From assembly GCA_965203785.1 (NCBI GenBank), contig OZ241911.1, positions 672,540 through 736,539 of the forward strand: 64,000 nucleotides of DNA, given 5' to 3'. Below, piece after piece: positions 1 through 9,578 of the stretch. A program made the translations under genes and the position numbers. The notes below the pieces were generated by a model that saw only the letters and a program-made list of their open reading frames with translations, ran no database searches and had not been told where the DNA came from. Source of the DNA: Bdellovibrionales bacterium (GTDB lineage Bacteria > Bdellovibrionota > Bdellovibrionia > Bdellovibrionales > UBA1609). Within the stretch, counting starts at the first letter, position 1, and each line of letters opens with the position of its first letter.

Positions 1-459
1 AACCGCTGGTGAAAAATGTTGAGGAATTGCAAAAGAGGGAATCACAGTAGAAGATGAAGGGATAGAAGATGAAGCGGTAGAAAGAACTTCTTGATGCACA
101 GGTGTTGATTTTTTAACTGTTGCTGAAGTTTGTTCTGTTGAAGGTTTTTCTGGAGCTGGTGTTAGGGGTTCTGATATGGAGGATTCTGCATGGGTTTGGT
201 TTTCTTTTACCGAAGGAGGGGGTGCTGTCGTGTCTATTTCAGCAATGGTTTCACCAATTTTAACTGTGCTACCATCTGCTTTTAAAATATTTAATTTACC
301 ACTGTGTTCAGCTGTCAAATCCATAGAGGCTTTATCTGTTTCCATAACCACTAATACATCGTTTTGCCGAATATAATCTCCAGTTTTTTTTTGCCACTGA
401 CCAACAACTGCTTGGGTGACTGATTCTCCGGCAGACGGAACTTTAATGAGTTGTTTCAT
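1..459 (-). CDS. 2-oxoacid dehydrogenase E2 (dihydrolipoyl acyltransferase, probably succinyltransferase), N-terminal part; continues beyond window start
   Basis: Not in the ORF track because it runs off the window. My minus-strand translation from ATG at 457-459 is MKQLIKVPSAGESVTQAVVGQWQKKTGDYIRQNDVLVVMETDKASMDL... This is a lipoyl domain with the lipoyl-lysine motif ETDKA, followed by a Pro/Ser-rich linker. Confidence 0.8.
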   Translation of the reverse strand, partial: MKQLIKVPSAGESVTQAVVGQWQKKTGDYIRQNDVLVVMETDKASMDLTAEHSGKLNILKADGSTVKIGETIAEIDTTAPPPSVKENQTHAESSISEPLTPAPEKPSTEQTSATVKKSTPVHQEVLSTASSSIPSSSTVIPSFAIPQHFSPAV

Positions 460-672
460 AAAAAAATTAATTACTCCTATAATCGAGTGTTACATAATCG
501 AGTATTGTAGTTTAGCAATGATTGTAGTTTATTTTTACAACAATGTAAAATATTCAAAACAAACTTTTTTATACTTGGCAATATAGTCTTACTTGGTTAT
601 TTTTTTGATAGATTCATTATGATAGATCCATATTGGCGGGAACTATTAGTTTAAAAGGAGTTATTAGAGATA

Positions 673-1353
673 ATGGATATTACTTATAACATCGTTTGTA
701 GAGCTGTTTTTATTGTCTGTTTTGGTTGTATTTCGCAGGCACTGGTTTTTGCAGAGCTTCATTCAGCTAATTATTCGGCTAATCATTCAGCTAATCAGTG
801 TAACCAGTGGTTTTACAATGCCCATTTATCGACAAGTCCTCGTTGCCTAAGGGAATGCACTCTTCTTCCAATTGACTCAACAACTGCTGAATGCCCTCAA
901 TTTTGCAGTCAGTTTTGCAATACTCCTTTGCCTAAATTTAAAGAACGCCGGGGTAGGATTAATGCATTTTTTTCTAACAAGTTGCTTTTTTTAATGGCTT
1001 TTAAACACCCTTTTAGAATGTATCAAGCTTATCAGCTGAGTGTGAAAGCCAGAAATCTCTGCTTCCATCATTTTCCGGAAAAAAAAAGCATGCAATACGA
1101 TGCCTGTCGTCATTTTATATGGTCAGCTTTTTTGTATGAGCAATTTGGTTTTTGGTTTAGTGAGCAGATTTTATATAATTTTGAGAGAAACTCCAATCAA
1201 CCAAACTGGCAACTCAAAATGGATATGACCAACAATCTTTTAGGTATTTCAACTGCCAAGTACTTGTTGGCAATTGATCAGTTTTCAGAAGTTAATTTAA
1301 TTAAGCATTTTTATCAAAAATTAGATAATAATTTAATAATGACTGTGGAGTAA
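673..1353 (+). CDS. hypothetical protein with N-terminal hydrophobic signal-like segment
   Basis: 226-aa ORF with a hydrophobic N-terminus (VFIVCFGCISQALVFA) and a short HSAN(Y/H)SAN repeat. I recognise no family. Confidence 0.5.
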   Translation: MDITYNIVCRAVFIVCFGCISQALVFAELHSANYSANHSANQCNQWFYNAHLSTSPRCLRECTLLPIDSTTAECPQFCSQFCNTPLPKFKERRGRINAFFSNKLLFLMAFKHPFRMYQAYQLSVKARNLCFHHFPEKKSMQYDACRHFIWSAFLYEQFGFWFSEQILYNFERNSNQPNWQLKMDMTNNLLGISTAKYLLAIDQFSEVNLIKHFYQKLDNNLIMTVE

Positions 1354-1401
1354 TTCTGATTTAAAAAAGATAACAGAATATTTAGAAAATGAACATTCTT
1401 T

Positions 1402-2223
1402 TTATTTAGGTAGGGGAATGTAAATATGGTTGAAGTCGTCTGTGCTAATTAAACCGACTGCTCGTTTGAGTAATCTTTTTTTAACTAAGGGATGAGGGTG
1501 TCCATATCTTTTTTTTCTAGCACTGGCTATAGCTATTTTTAAATGAGGCATAACTTTCAACAAACTAGGAGTAGTGGAATATCGACTTCCATGATGAGAC
1601 ACAATTAATATTCGAATACTTTTTGGAACTTGATGTTTCCATAAAAACTCGGAAGAACCAGGAGAATCTCCAGCAATTAAAACCGTGTTTCGAATAATCA
1701 CTACTCGGCTAAATTTGTTAGCTTCGGAAGCTCTTTTATCTCGATTGCGATGCATGGGAAACACAATCTCTCTAAATACTGGATGAGTATTGGTTTGGCA
1801 CTTTGGAATAATCGATAAAAACTTTTTCTTTTTCGAAGAACCCTTCCCACCCGGTTGATTTAATTGGCAAAAAGAGGGTAGTCGCCGGTAAGCTTTTTTT
1901 GCAAAATTAATGTGATCCCAATCCCAATGAGAAAAAAACACTTGATTTAATTTTTGTCCACATTCTTTAATCAATTTTTTGACTGGAAAAAACTCTCCCC
2001 CCATATCGAAATGCACACAATATTTTAAATTAGAATAAGTAACCATCTGCCCCTGTCCGACAGACCATACCACCAACCTCTCTTTGGCACTGTGATGCCA
2101 TACATGCCAAGGAAATAAAAAAACTAACATAAAAGTCATTACATAACTCATAAAATACTCCATTTTCGGTGAAGTACAAAAAACATTTGAAACACAATAA
2201 ACAAAACTCCAATGTAAATCCAT
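1402..2223 (-). CDS. comEC: ComEC/Rec2 C-terminal metallo-beta-lactamase domain (3' half of a split comEC)
   Basis: VVWSVGQGQMV resembles the ComEC DVGQG motif. The MBL-type His motif is SHWDWDH, with a later VSHHGS. Overlaps the upstream ORF by 76 nt in another frame. Confidence 0.7.
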   Translation of the reverse strand: MDLHWSFVYCVSNVFCTSPKMEYFMSYVMTFMLVFLFPWHVWHHSAKERLVVWSVGQGQMVTYSNLKYCVHFDMGGEFFPVKKLIKECGQKLNQVFFSHWDWDHINFAKKAYRRLPSFCQLNQPGGKGSSKKKKFLSIIPKCQTNTHPVFREIVFPMHRNRDKRASEANKFSRVVIIRNTVLIAGDSPGSSEFLWKHQVPKSIRILIVSHHGSRYSTTPSLLKVMPHLKIAIASARKKRYGHPHPLVKKRLLKRAVGLISTDDFNHIYIPLPK

Positions 2224-3038
2224 ATTTGAAAAGAACTCAGAGTGGTAACTTCAACTCCCTTGTTTTCCATTACAGGTCGGATTTTACTTAATAGATTGAT
2301 AAAATGTGTCCAACAAATATCTGTTAGTGGATATAAAAATGGTAAAGGTATAATCAGCATAGACAAGGGTAGCAATAGACACCCTGTAATTGGCACTAAT
2401 AACCAATTAACTAAAATACTAAGAGGATGCACACCTCCCCACCCACTGACAACTGGTAAAATTAATACATAAGTTAATGCACAAGAAAACAATCGAGAAA
2501 AAGAACGATTAGCCATACCCATACTGGCTAACCAACTCAGTTGTAAAGAAATAGAATTCACCCAAACACTTTGACAAATTAAACACAACATGCCACTTAT
2601 TTGCACCTTCCAATAAGGACTCCAAAATAATTTATATCTTTTAATCATCCGAGCTAAAAATAAAGCGAATAAAGCTCTTAATACAGGAGGTCTTAACCCC
2701 GAACTCAATGTGTAAACTACAAGAAACGAACACAAAAAAATGTATTTAAACCGAAAAGAAGGAAGCAAACTCCATAATTTCTCAATAAAAATTAGATGAG
2801 TACCAGAAATAACCATCAAATGAATCACTCCTAAAGCAGTAAATACTTTTCTAATTTCTCCATCCGGTAAACTTTCTCCACACACTAAGGCAGAATAAAT
2901 TAACTCCCACTTGCTGTCTTCAGGGATACGACTTAAACAAAATACATGTGCTGGATGAATAATTGGCTTTAAAAAGCTCAACAAAGAGACAGATTTAACG
3001 CAGAACATAATAACAATTAAAATCAAAACTATAAGCAT
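2148..3038 (-). CDS. comEC: ComEC/Rec2 competence-domain membrane part (5' half of a split comEC)
   Basis: Polytopic membrane ORF with the ComEC-like LMVISGTHL motif, directly upstream of and co-oriented with the MBL-domain ORF. Confidence 0.7.
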   Translation of the reverse strand: MLIVLILIVIMFCVKSVSLLSFLKPIIHPAHVFCLSRIPEDSKWELIYSALVCGESLPDGEIRKVFTALGVIHLMVISGTHLIFIEKLWSLLPSFRFKYIFLCSFLVVYTLSSGLRPPVLRALFALFLARMIKRYKLFWSPYWKVQISGMLCLICQSVWVNSISLQLSWLASMGMANRSFSRLFSCALTYVLILPVVSGWGGVHPLSILVNWLLVPITGCLLLPLSMLIIPLPFLYPLTDICWTHFINLLSKIRPVMENKGVEVTTLSSFQIWIYIGVLFIVFQMFFVLHRKWSIL

Positions 3039-3145
3039 TTGATTTTCACTTGTAGCAATAAATTGTCCAGTTTTTTTAGTAAAACTCTGATAGAGTTGGA
3101 TAAACAGTCAAAAACGGTTATTCTTATGTAAATAATTGGTTTTTT

Positions 3146-3216
3146 GAAAGCCAATGAAAGCCAATGTGAGCTAATGTGAGCCAATATGGGTCGATAATGG
3201 TCTAATATGTGCCGAT
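3146..3216. repeat. seven phased ~10-bp degenerate repeats (GAAAGCCAAT GAAAGCCAAT GTGAGCTAAT GTGAGCCAAT ATGGGTCGAT AATGGTCTAAT ATGTGCCGAT)
   Basis: Read directly. Helical-turn periodicity, located in the divergent intergenic region between comEC and the LysM gene. Confidence 0.6.
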
Positions 3217-3234
3217 GTGTGGAGTTTTTAATAA

Positions 3235-4788
3235 ATGGGTAATGGTATTTTAGGCGTATTTTTTTTGATTTTTTTATTTTTTCCAGTCGGTGGTTTAGCA
3301 CAATCCGATTCTTACGAAAAAAATATTCATGATATTTATACTCAGTATTACAGTCAGAAAATTTCTCAAGCACAATGGGAAAGTATTACCAGCAATGTAT
3401 CGGGTGATATTTACACTATAAAACCCAGCGACACCTTGTGGGACATTAGTAAGGTATTATTTGGAGATCCTTTTTATTGGCCAAAGTTGTGGTCTATCAA
3501 TGCCAATATTTCTAATCCTCATCTTATTTATAGTGGATCTAATTTAGGGATTATACATGGTAGTCAAGATTCGGCTCCGTCGTTTAATATCATTACTCAA
3601 AAAGGGGTTGGTTTAACTCAATCGAAACAAGCTCATCCCATTACAAATCGTGTTGATTTTTTGCATCAAATCAAAATTAAAGTTGCTCCAAAAAATTCCC
3701 CTCCCGTTTTGCAGAATATTCCAGGTAGTTTACCAAATTTAAAATTATCTCGGGAGGGTGCCAAAAAGGTGTCTTTAGCAGATATGGACATAGGGTTTGC
3801 AAATAATAATGAGCGACCTATCTCTCCCCTATCTCATTTTATGTCAGATGACTATGTAGATTCTTTAAAGAAGGGGATTGTGTTGAGCAAAAAAAATGGT
3901 TCAGGTAAATGGTCTCAAGCAGAAGAAGTTGTTATTTTACAGATGGATAATTCGGTTAATCCGGGGCAGAAATTGGTAGTGGCAGAAGATTTGGGGAAGT
4001 TATCTTTTTTTCGAAGAGGGATCAGGGGTCCGTATGGGTATCAAGTGGAAATACAAGGGGAAGTTCAAGTGTTAGGTCGTGTTCCCGAATCATTTGATCT
4101 GTACGAGGCACGAGTCACTCAGTCAATCAGTCCAATTAGAAACAAAGCTTTAGTTATTAGTGGTCCTCTTCCGCAATATAATTTTAAAAAAACGGATACC
4201 TCTGGATCAGGTGAGGCACAAATTATTGGATTTCCACCTCAAGCTAGTCAAAAAATATTTGGAACTCTTTATCAATTAGCGTATTTAAATCGAGGTTCTA
4301 AAAGTGGTTTTTCTGTGGGGCAAATGTATCAAGCACGTGCTAACCTTAAAACGAGACGTTTTTCTCGATATGGTTACGATATTAAATTAGGAGAGTTAAA
4401 AATTATTCATACAGAAAATCGTTTTGCTACGGCAATCATAACTCAGATGAGTTCTCCTATTCAGCTTGGAGATTATGTGGTTCCTATCAATCTGGGTTTG
4501 ATTCAAGATAAAGATTACGACCCTCTTGCAGATGATGATCTAGATAGTGATATAGAAGAAGAACCAGAACCAGAACAAAAACAACCTTCAAACAAGCTAC
4601 CAGCTGAAGAAGAAGATATAGAAGAAATCGAAGACGAAGAGGATGATTTAGATAAAGTATTTGAGCAATCCTCTGAGTCGTCTGCTGATTTGCCTTCAAA
4701 AGATAAAACTAAAAAATCAGAATCCGAATCCGAATCCGAATCCGAAGAAGAAATACTAATAGATGATGAAGAAGATATGTTAGAATAG
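3235..4788 (+). CDS. LysM peptidoglycan-binding domain protein with acidic low-complexity C-terminus
   Basis: Signal-like N-terminus. LysM motif YTIKPSDTLWDISKVLFGDPFYWPKLWSINANISNPHLIYSGSNL. The D/E-rich tail includes SESESESE, encoded by (GAATCC)n. Confidence 0.8.
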   Translation: MGNGILGVFFLIFLFFPVGGLAQSDSYEKNIHDIYTQYYSQKISQAQWESITSNVSGDIYTIKPSDTLWDISKVLFGDPFYWPKLWSINANISNPHLIYSGSNLGIIHGSQDSAPSFNIITQKGVGLTQSKQAHPITNRVDFLHQIKIKVAPKNSPPVLQNIPGSLPNLKLSREGAKKVSLADMDIGFANNNERPISPLSHFMSDDYVDSLKKGIVLSKKNGSGKWSQAEEVVILQMDNSVNPGQKLVVAEDLGKLSFFRRGIRGPYGYQVEIQGEVQVLGRVPESFDLYEARVTQSISPIRNKALVISGPLPQYNFKKTDTSGSGEAQIIGFPPQASQKIFGTLYQLAYLNRGSKSGFSVGQMYQARANLKTRRFSRYGYDIKLGELKIIHTENRFATAIITQMSSPIQLGDYVVPINLGLIQDKDYDPLADDDLDSDIEEEPEPEQKQPSNKLPAEEEDIEEIEDEEDDLDKVFEQSSESSADLPSKDKTKKSESESESESEEEILIDDEEDMLE

Positions 4789-4823
4789 CTATAGGGGATA
4801 GAATTTTCTAAGAAGGATCTATT

Positions 4824-5936
4824 TTGTCTTTTTTTGACAGTTCATTAAACCGAAAAATTTTATTATGTATTTTATTATTTACTGGGCTAGGTTTAGTACA
4901 GGTCTATAGTGCCAGTTATATTTTTTCTATAGAAAAATACGATAGTGGGTTAATTTTTTTTAAAAAACAGATGTTGTTTACTTTGATAGGGTTTGGTGGC
5001 TTGTTATGGGTTGCCAATATTTCTTGGAAATGGGCACGGTTTTTAGGGATTGGCTTATGGATTTTATCGGTTTTATTATTAATAGCCACTTTAATACCCA
5101 GTATTGGAGTTTCTGTTGGTGGAGCACAGAGGTGGTTATCTTTGCCATTCTCTGTTCGTTTTCAACCTGCAGAGCTTTTTAAAGTTACCACTCCTTTTGC
5201 TTTTATCTATTTGATGGCTTTAAAAGAGCAAAATCAATTTCAGAACCCTCTTTTGTTTTGGGTGTTTCCAATTTTTGCTTTTGGCTTGCCAGTATTGGTA
5301 TTAGCTTTACAGCCAGATTTTGGGACAATTGTTTTACTTTTTTGTTTAAGTTTAAGTGTTATTCTTATGTGGGGTTTAAAGTGGAAATATATTTTAATGG
5401 GTTTACCAGTATCGGCGGTACTATTTTTTTTAATGATTATTTTTAAACCTTATCGGCTGACTCGAATTAAAACTTTTTTAGATCCATGGTCAGATCCTTT
5501 AGAAAGTGGATTTCAGTTGATTCAAAGTATGATTAGCTTTCATTCTGGAGGGATGTTTGGTTCTGGTTTGGGGCAAGGGCAGGGAAAGTTATTTTTTTTA
5601 CCAGAAGCTCATACAGATTTTACCTTAGCAGTGATTGGTGAAGAAACCGGTTTTTTAGGGTTTGGTGTTTTGTTGTCTCTGTATGCACTTTTAACTTATT
5701 ATGGGATAAAAATTGTTTTAAAAACGGAAGATACTTCTCAAAAAATTTTAGCTTTTTCTTTAATTATGGTTTTTGTTTTTTCTGTTATGATCCATGTTGG
5801 TGTGAACTTAGGGTTATTACCAACAAAAGGGTTAACACTTCCTTTTATTAGTTATGGAGGGAGTTCTTTAGTGTGTAATTTATTACTTTTTGGTTGGTTA
5901 TTAAATATAGAAAAACATAATCATTTTATTTATTAA
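4824..5936 (+). CDS. ftsW: FtsW/RodA/SpoVE (SEDS) family lipid II polymerase; ftsW by context
   Basis: Polytopic 370-aa ORF with SEDS-like motifs (PDFGT, GQGQGK, LPEAHTDF, GLLPTKGLTLPFISYGGSS), immediately upstream of murG. Non-ATG (TTG) start in the track. Confidence 0.85.
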   Translation: MSFFDSSLNRKILLCILLFTGLGLVQVYSASYIFSIEKYDSGLIFFKKQMLFTLIGFGGLLWVANISWKWARFLGIGLWILSVLLLIATLIPSIGVSVGGAQRWLSLPFSVRFQPAELFKVTTPFAFIYLMALKEQNQFQNPLLFWVFPIFAFGLPVLVLALQPDFGTIVLLFCLSLSVILMWGLKWKYILMGLPVSAVLFFLMIIFKPYRLTRIKTFLDPWSDPLESGFQLIQSMISFHSGGMFGSGLGQGQGKLFFLPEAHTDFTLAVIGEETGFLGFGVLLSLYALLTYYGIKIVLKTEDTSQKILAFSLIMVFVFSVMIHVGVNLGLLPTKGLTLPFISYGGSSLVCNLLLFGWLLNIEKHNHFIY

Positions 5937-5964
5937 TGTTTTTTTAAATAAAAAAACATATTGG

Positions 5965-7086
5965 GTGATAAGACATTTTATGAAGTGTGCGAAAAAAACA
6001 ATACTTATATCAGCTGGAGGGACGGGTGGGCATATCTTTCCAGCTTTTCAGATTGCTGAATGTTTAAAACAACTGGATTCATCTGTGTATATAGAATTTG
6101 TGCATGGGGATTCGGATTTAGAAAAAAGTATTTATTCGAAGTGTGTTTTTTCTCATCATGTAATTTCTATTGGTCGTTTAAGAAGCAATGTATCGTGGAC
6201 AGAGAGAATTCAAACTTGTGTATTATTACCCTGGGCGTTGTTTTATGCAACTGTGATGATTTTAAAAATTAAACCTCAAATTATTTTTGGGACTGGTGGA
6301 GCGGTGAGTGGTCCGGTTTTATTAGCTGGGGTATTATTGAGAAAGAAGACCATAATATGGGAGCCGAATGTTGTTCCGGGTTTAACAAATCGTTTATTAG
6401 CTCGTTTAGTAGATTGGGCAATTGTGGTATTTGAGCAGACAAAAATGCATTTAAAAACAAAAAATACAATTCGGTTGGGATTTCCGGTGCGGTCTAACAT
6501 TATTAAAGTGTTTTTAAAAAATTCTGTCTCTTGTGGTTCTGCTTCTTGTGGTTTAACTGCTCCGCTTCGGGTATTGATTTTAGGAGGTTCGCAAGGTTCT
6601 TCTATTATCAATCGGGTAGTATCTCAAGCGATTATTAAATCATCTGCACAACCAATATCTTTTGTGCATCAAACGGGTGAAAAAGAATTTTATAAGTTTA
6701 AAAAACTCTACAAAGGTTTAAAGCAAGTGAGGGTGTTTTCTTTTTTAAAAAGTATAGATGAATTTTACGAGTGGGCAGATCTAGTAGTTAGCCGCTCAGG
6801 TATGGGTGTGATTGCAGAATTATCTGCCAGCGGGAGAGCGGGTGTTTTAATCCCTTTATTTCAGTCTGCGGATCACCATCAATGGAGAAATGCACAATTT
6901 TTACAAAGTCAGGGGGGGGGTATTTTAATTGAACAAAAAAACTGGAATGTTCAAAAGTTTTCACTTATTCTGGCGGAATTAAGTAATAGACCACAAAAAC
7001 TGGACAACTATGTTAAAGGTATTCGTTCTATGAACATTCACTCAGATGGCAAACCAATTGCCAGTCGTATATTGTCTCTTTTTTAA
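5965..7086 (+). CDS. murG: undecaprenyldiphospho-muramoylpentapeptide beta-N-acetylglucosaminyltransferase
   Basis: N-terminal ISAGGTGGHIFPA motif and glycosyltransferase-28 architecture, in ftsW-murG-murC order. Confidence 0.9.
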   Translation: MIRHFMKCAKKTILISAGGTGGHIFPAFQIAECLKQLDSSVYIEFVHGDSDLEKSIYSKCVFSHHVISIGRLRSNVSWTERIQTCVLLPWALFYATVMILKIKPQIIFGTGGAVSGPVLLAGVLLRKKTIIWEPNVVPGLTNRLLARLVDWAIVVFEQTKMHLKTKNTIRLGFPVRSNIIKVFLKNSVSCGSASCGLTAPLRVLILGGSQGSSIINRVVSQAIIKSSAQPISFVHQTGEKEFYKFKKLYKGLKQVRVFSFLKSIDEFYEWADLVVSRSGMGVIAELSASGRAGVLIPLFQSADHHQWRNAQFLQSQGGGILIEQKNWNVQKFSLILAELSNRPQKLDNYVKGIRSMNIHSDGKPIASRILSLF

Positions 7087-7104
7087 AAAGAAAGTAAATG
7101 GGTA

Positions 7105-8577
7105 GTGTCTATTATGAAAAAAATTAGCAAGTCTAAAAAATTAATTCAATCGGAGAACAAAAGCTTACAAAAACCAAGCATTAAAAGTCGGTTTTTTACA
7201 TTAGGGGTTCGGGTGCATTTTGTAGGTATTGGAGGAGTGGGAATGTGTGGGTTAGCGGAGCTTTTGTATTGTTCGGGCACTTCAGTGACTGGCAGTGATA
7301 TAGAAAACAACACTTATATTGAAAGATTAAAAAAAATAGGAATTCCAATATCTATTGGACACAGTCAAAAAAATATTCAGTTTGCAGATGTGATTGTATA
7401 TTCTAGTGCAGTTTCTAAGAGCAATATTGAACTTCGGTCAGCTAGAAAGCGAGGTATTCCTCTCATTAGTCGGTCGGAGGCATTGTCTGAAATTATGAGA
7501 TTAAAGCGTGGAGTTGTGGTAGCTGGCACACATGGGAAAACCACAACAACTGGTTTATTGGCGAATATTTTTACTTATAATAAAAAAGATCCAACAGTTA
7601 TGATTGGAGGTCGGTGTCGTTTGTTTCAATCAACTGCTCGGCTTGGTCGAGGACCATGGTTTATTGCCGAATCGGACGAAAGCGATGGAGGTTTTAAACA
7701 TCTATCACCCGAGATTGCTTTACTCACTAATATTGATCGGGATCATTTAGATTATTATGGTTCTTTTAGAGAATTACAAAAAGCATTTTTGAACTTTGTT
7801 CTGAGAGTTCCTTTTTACGGTTATATTGTGGCTTGGGGAGATCAATCAGTGATTAGAAAGTTATTATCTGGTTTGAATCGTAAAATTATTTTTTATGGAT
7901 TTAATAAAAGTAATCATTTTTATATACAAAAAAAGACTTCCATCACTTATGAGGTTTTTTTTAATAAAAAAAGTTTAGGGAGGTTAGACATTCCTTTACC
8001 GGGTCGTATAAATGCATTAAACACATTGGCAAGTTTGGTGGTGGCAATGACTTGTGGGCTTTCGTTTGATGACTGCAAAAAAAGTTTTAAGTATTTTAAG
8101 GGAGTGGATCGGCGGTTCGAAAAAAAAGGCGAATTGGGAGAGGTGGATTTTTATGACGATTATGCTCATCATCCTACGGAGGTGCGAGAGGTATTATCTG
8201 TGTTTCGAGAAAAATTTGGAAACAATAAACGATTATTAGTTTTGTTTCAGCCTCATCGGTTTTCTAGAACAAAAGCTTGTTGGAAAGAGTTTCTGAACTG
8301 TTTTAAAATGGTGGATTGTGTTTTTATTACAGATATTTATCCGGCGGGTGAGAAACCTTTAAAAAATATTAACTCTAAGAAGCTTGCTCAAGAAATAAAA
8401 CATTCGTTTTGTAGGTATTATCCGCAAAAAAAACTGTCTTCTTTGGCATCTTTTTTAAAAAAAGGGGATGTATTTATTACTATGGGGGCAGGGTCTATTT
8501 ACAAGTATGGAGAACTGCTGTTAAACATGTGGCAACAACAAAAGAAAAAACAGTATGGACATTCAAAAAAATATTGA
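7105..8577 (+). CDS. murC: UDP-N-acetylmuramate--L-alanine ligase
   Basis: HFVGIGGVGMCGLAELL and the Mur ligase P-loop AGTHGKTTTT. Sits between murG and murB. Confidence 0.92.
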   Translation: MSIMKKISKSKKLIQSENKSLQKPSIKSRFFTLGVRVHFVGIGGVGMCGLAELLYCSGTSVTGSDIENNTYIERLKKIGIPISIGHSQKNIQFADVIVYSSAVSKSNIELRSARKRGIPLISRSEALSEIMRLKRGVVVAGTHGKTTTTGLLANIFTYNKKDPTVMIGGRCRLFQSTARLGRGPWFIAESDESDGGFKHLSPEIALLTNIDRDHLDYYGSFRELQKAFLNFVLRVPFYGYIVAWGDQSVIRKLLSGLNRKIIFYGFNKSNHFYIQKKTSITYEVFFNKKSLGRLDIPLPGRINALNTLASLVVAMTCGLSFDDCKKSFKYFKGVDRRFEKKGELGEVDFYDDYAHHPTEVREVLSVFREKFGNNKRLLVLFQPHRFSRTKACWKEFLNCFKMVDCVFITDIYPAGEKPLKNINSKKLAQEIKHSFCRYYPQKKLSSLASFLKKGDVFITMGAGSIYKYGELLLNMWQQQKKKQYGHSKKY

Positions 8578-9454
8578 TCTTAAAAAATGGAATACTTGGA
8601 AAGTGGGAGGTGTGGCCGATTTTTTTTGTCTTCCCAAGTCTAAGAAAGACATATTGGAGGGTTTAAAGTGGGCTAAAAAACATTCTCTACCAGTTTATGT
8701 ATTAGGTGGGGGGACTAATGTTTTAATTAGTGATCAAGGGGTAAGGGGTCTAGTGATGAATGTTCGAAGTTTAAAAGGTTTAAAAAAGTGGGAAGAGCAA
8801 GGTTGTTTATACATATCTAGTTTGGCAGGTGTTTCTAAAGCAGAGTTAATGCGAGTGTTTTTGAGTTATCGTTTGGCACCGGCTTTATTTTTATGTGGGC
8901 TGCCGGGAGATGTAGGGGGAGGGGTGGTGATGAATGCGGGGATTGGAACAAAAAACAAAGTTTCTCCGAGGGAGTTTAAAGATATTGTGGATTGGGTAAA
9001 AGTGTTGCGATGGGATGGGGAAGAAGTGTTATTAAGTAAAGAGAAAATTCGATGGGGTTATCGTTATAGTGAAGGTTTAGGGTCTGGAATTATTTATAAA
9101 GTAGGCATTAGTTGGTCTTTAAAGCCATTGGATGATTTACCTGTTCAATTAAAAAAAATGGCTTTAAGACGAGCGGATACTCAACCTTTACAATCTGCTT
9201 CTTGTGGTTCTGTGTTTAAAAATCCAGTAGGCTATTCAGCTGGTCGGTTAATTGAGGAATGCGGGTTAAAGGGTTTTCAAGTAGGTGGGGCTCAAATTTC
9301 TAACAAGCATGCTAATTTTATTTTAAATACTGGATCAGCTAAGGCTTTAGATATTTATCAGTTAATTTTGCATGTTCAACAAACTGTTAAAAAACAACAT
9401 GGAATTTTGTTAGAACCAGAAGTTAAATATTTAGGTTTTCGTTTTTCTTCTTAG
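8555..9454 (+). CDS. murB: UDP-N-acetylenolpyruvoylglucosamine reductase
   Basis: FAD-binding N-terminal region (WKVGGVADFF, VLGGGTNVLISD) and C-terminal SCGSVFKNP motif typical of MurB. Confidence 0.9.
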   Translation: MDIQKNIDLKKWNTWKVGGVADFFCLPKSKKDILEGLKWAKKHSLPVYVLGGGTNVLISDQGVRGLVMNVRSLKGLKKWEEQGCLYISSLAGVSKAELMRVFLSYRLAPALFLCGLPGDVGGGVVMNAGIGTKNKVSPREFKDIVDWVKVLRWDGEEVLLSKEKIRWGYRYSEGLGSGIIYKVGISWSLKPLDDLPVQLKKMALRRADTQPLQSASCGSVFKNPVGYSAGRLIEECGLKGFQVGGAQISNKHANFILNTGSAKALDIYQLILHVQQTVKKQHGILLEPEVKYLGFRFSS

Positions 9455-9578
9455 TTTAGTGAAATAAGTGAAAAATTTAAAACCAGTGGACAAAAAAAAT
9501 TTACCTCTCGAACAACCTATTCCAGATGAACAATTACAGCCTCAATTTTTAATTGGGTAAAATTTGTGTATCATATAG

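Noticed and set aside
176-376. 66-aa + strand ORF
   Set aside because: It lies antisense inside the E2 lipoyl-domain/linker coding region, which has strong protein-level support.
3029-3373. 114-aa minus-strand ORF
   Set aside because: It overlaps the start of the well-supported LysM gene and merely translates the phased decamer repeats. No coding-like features.
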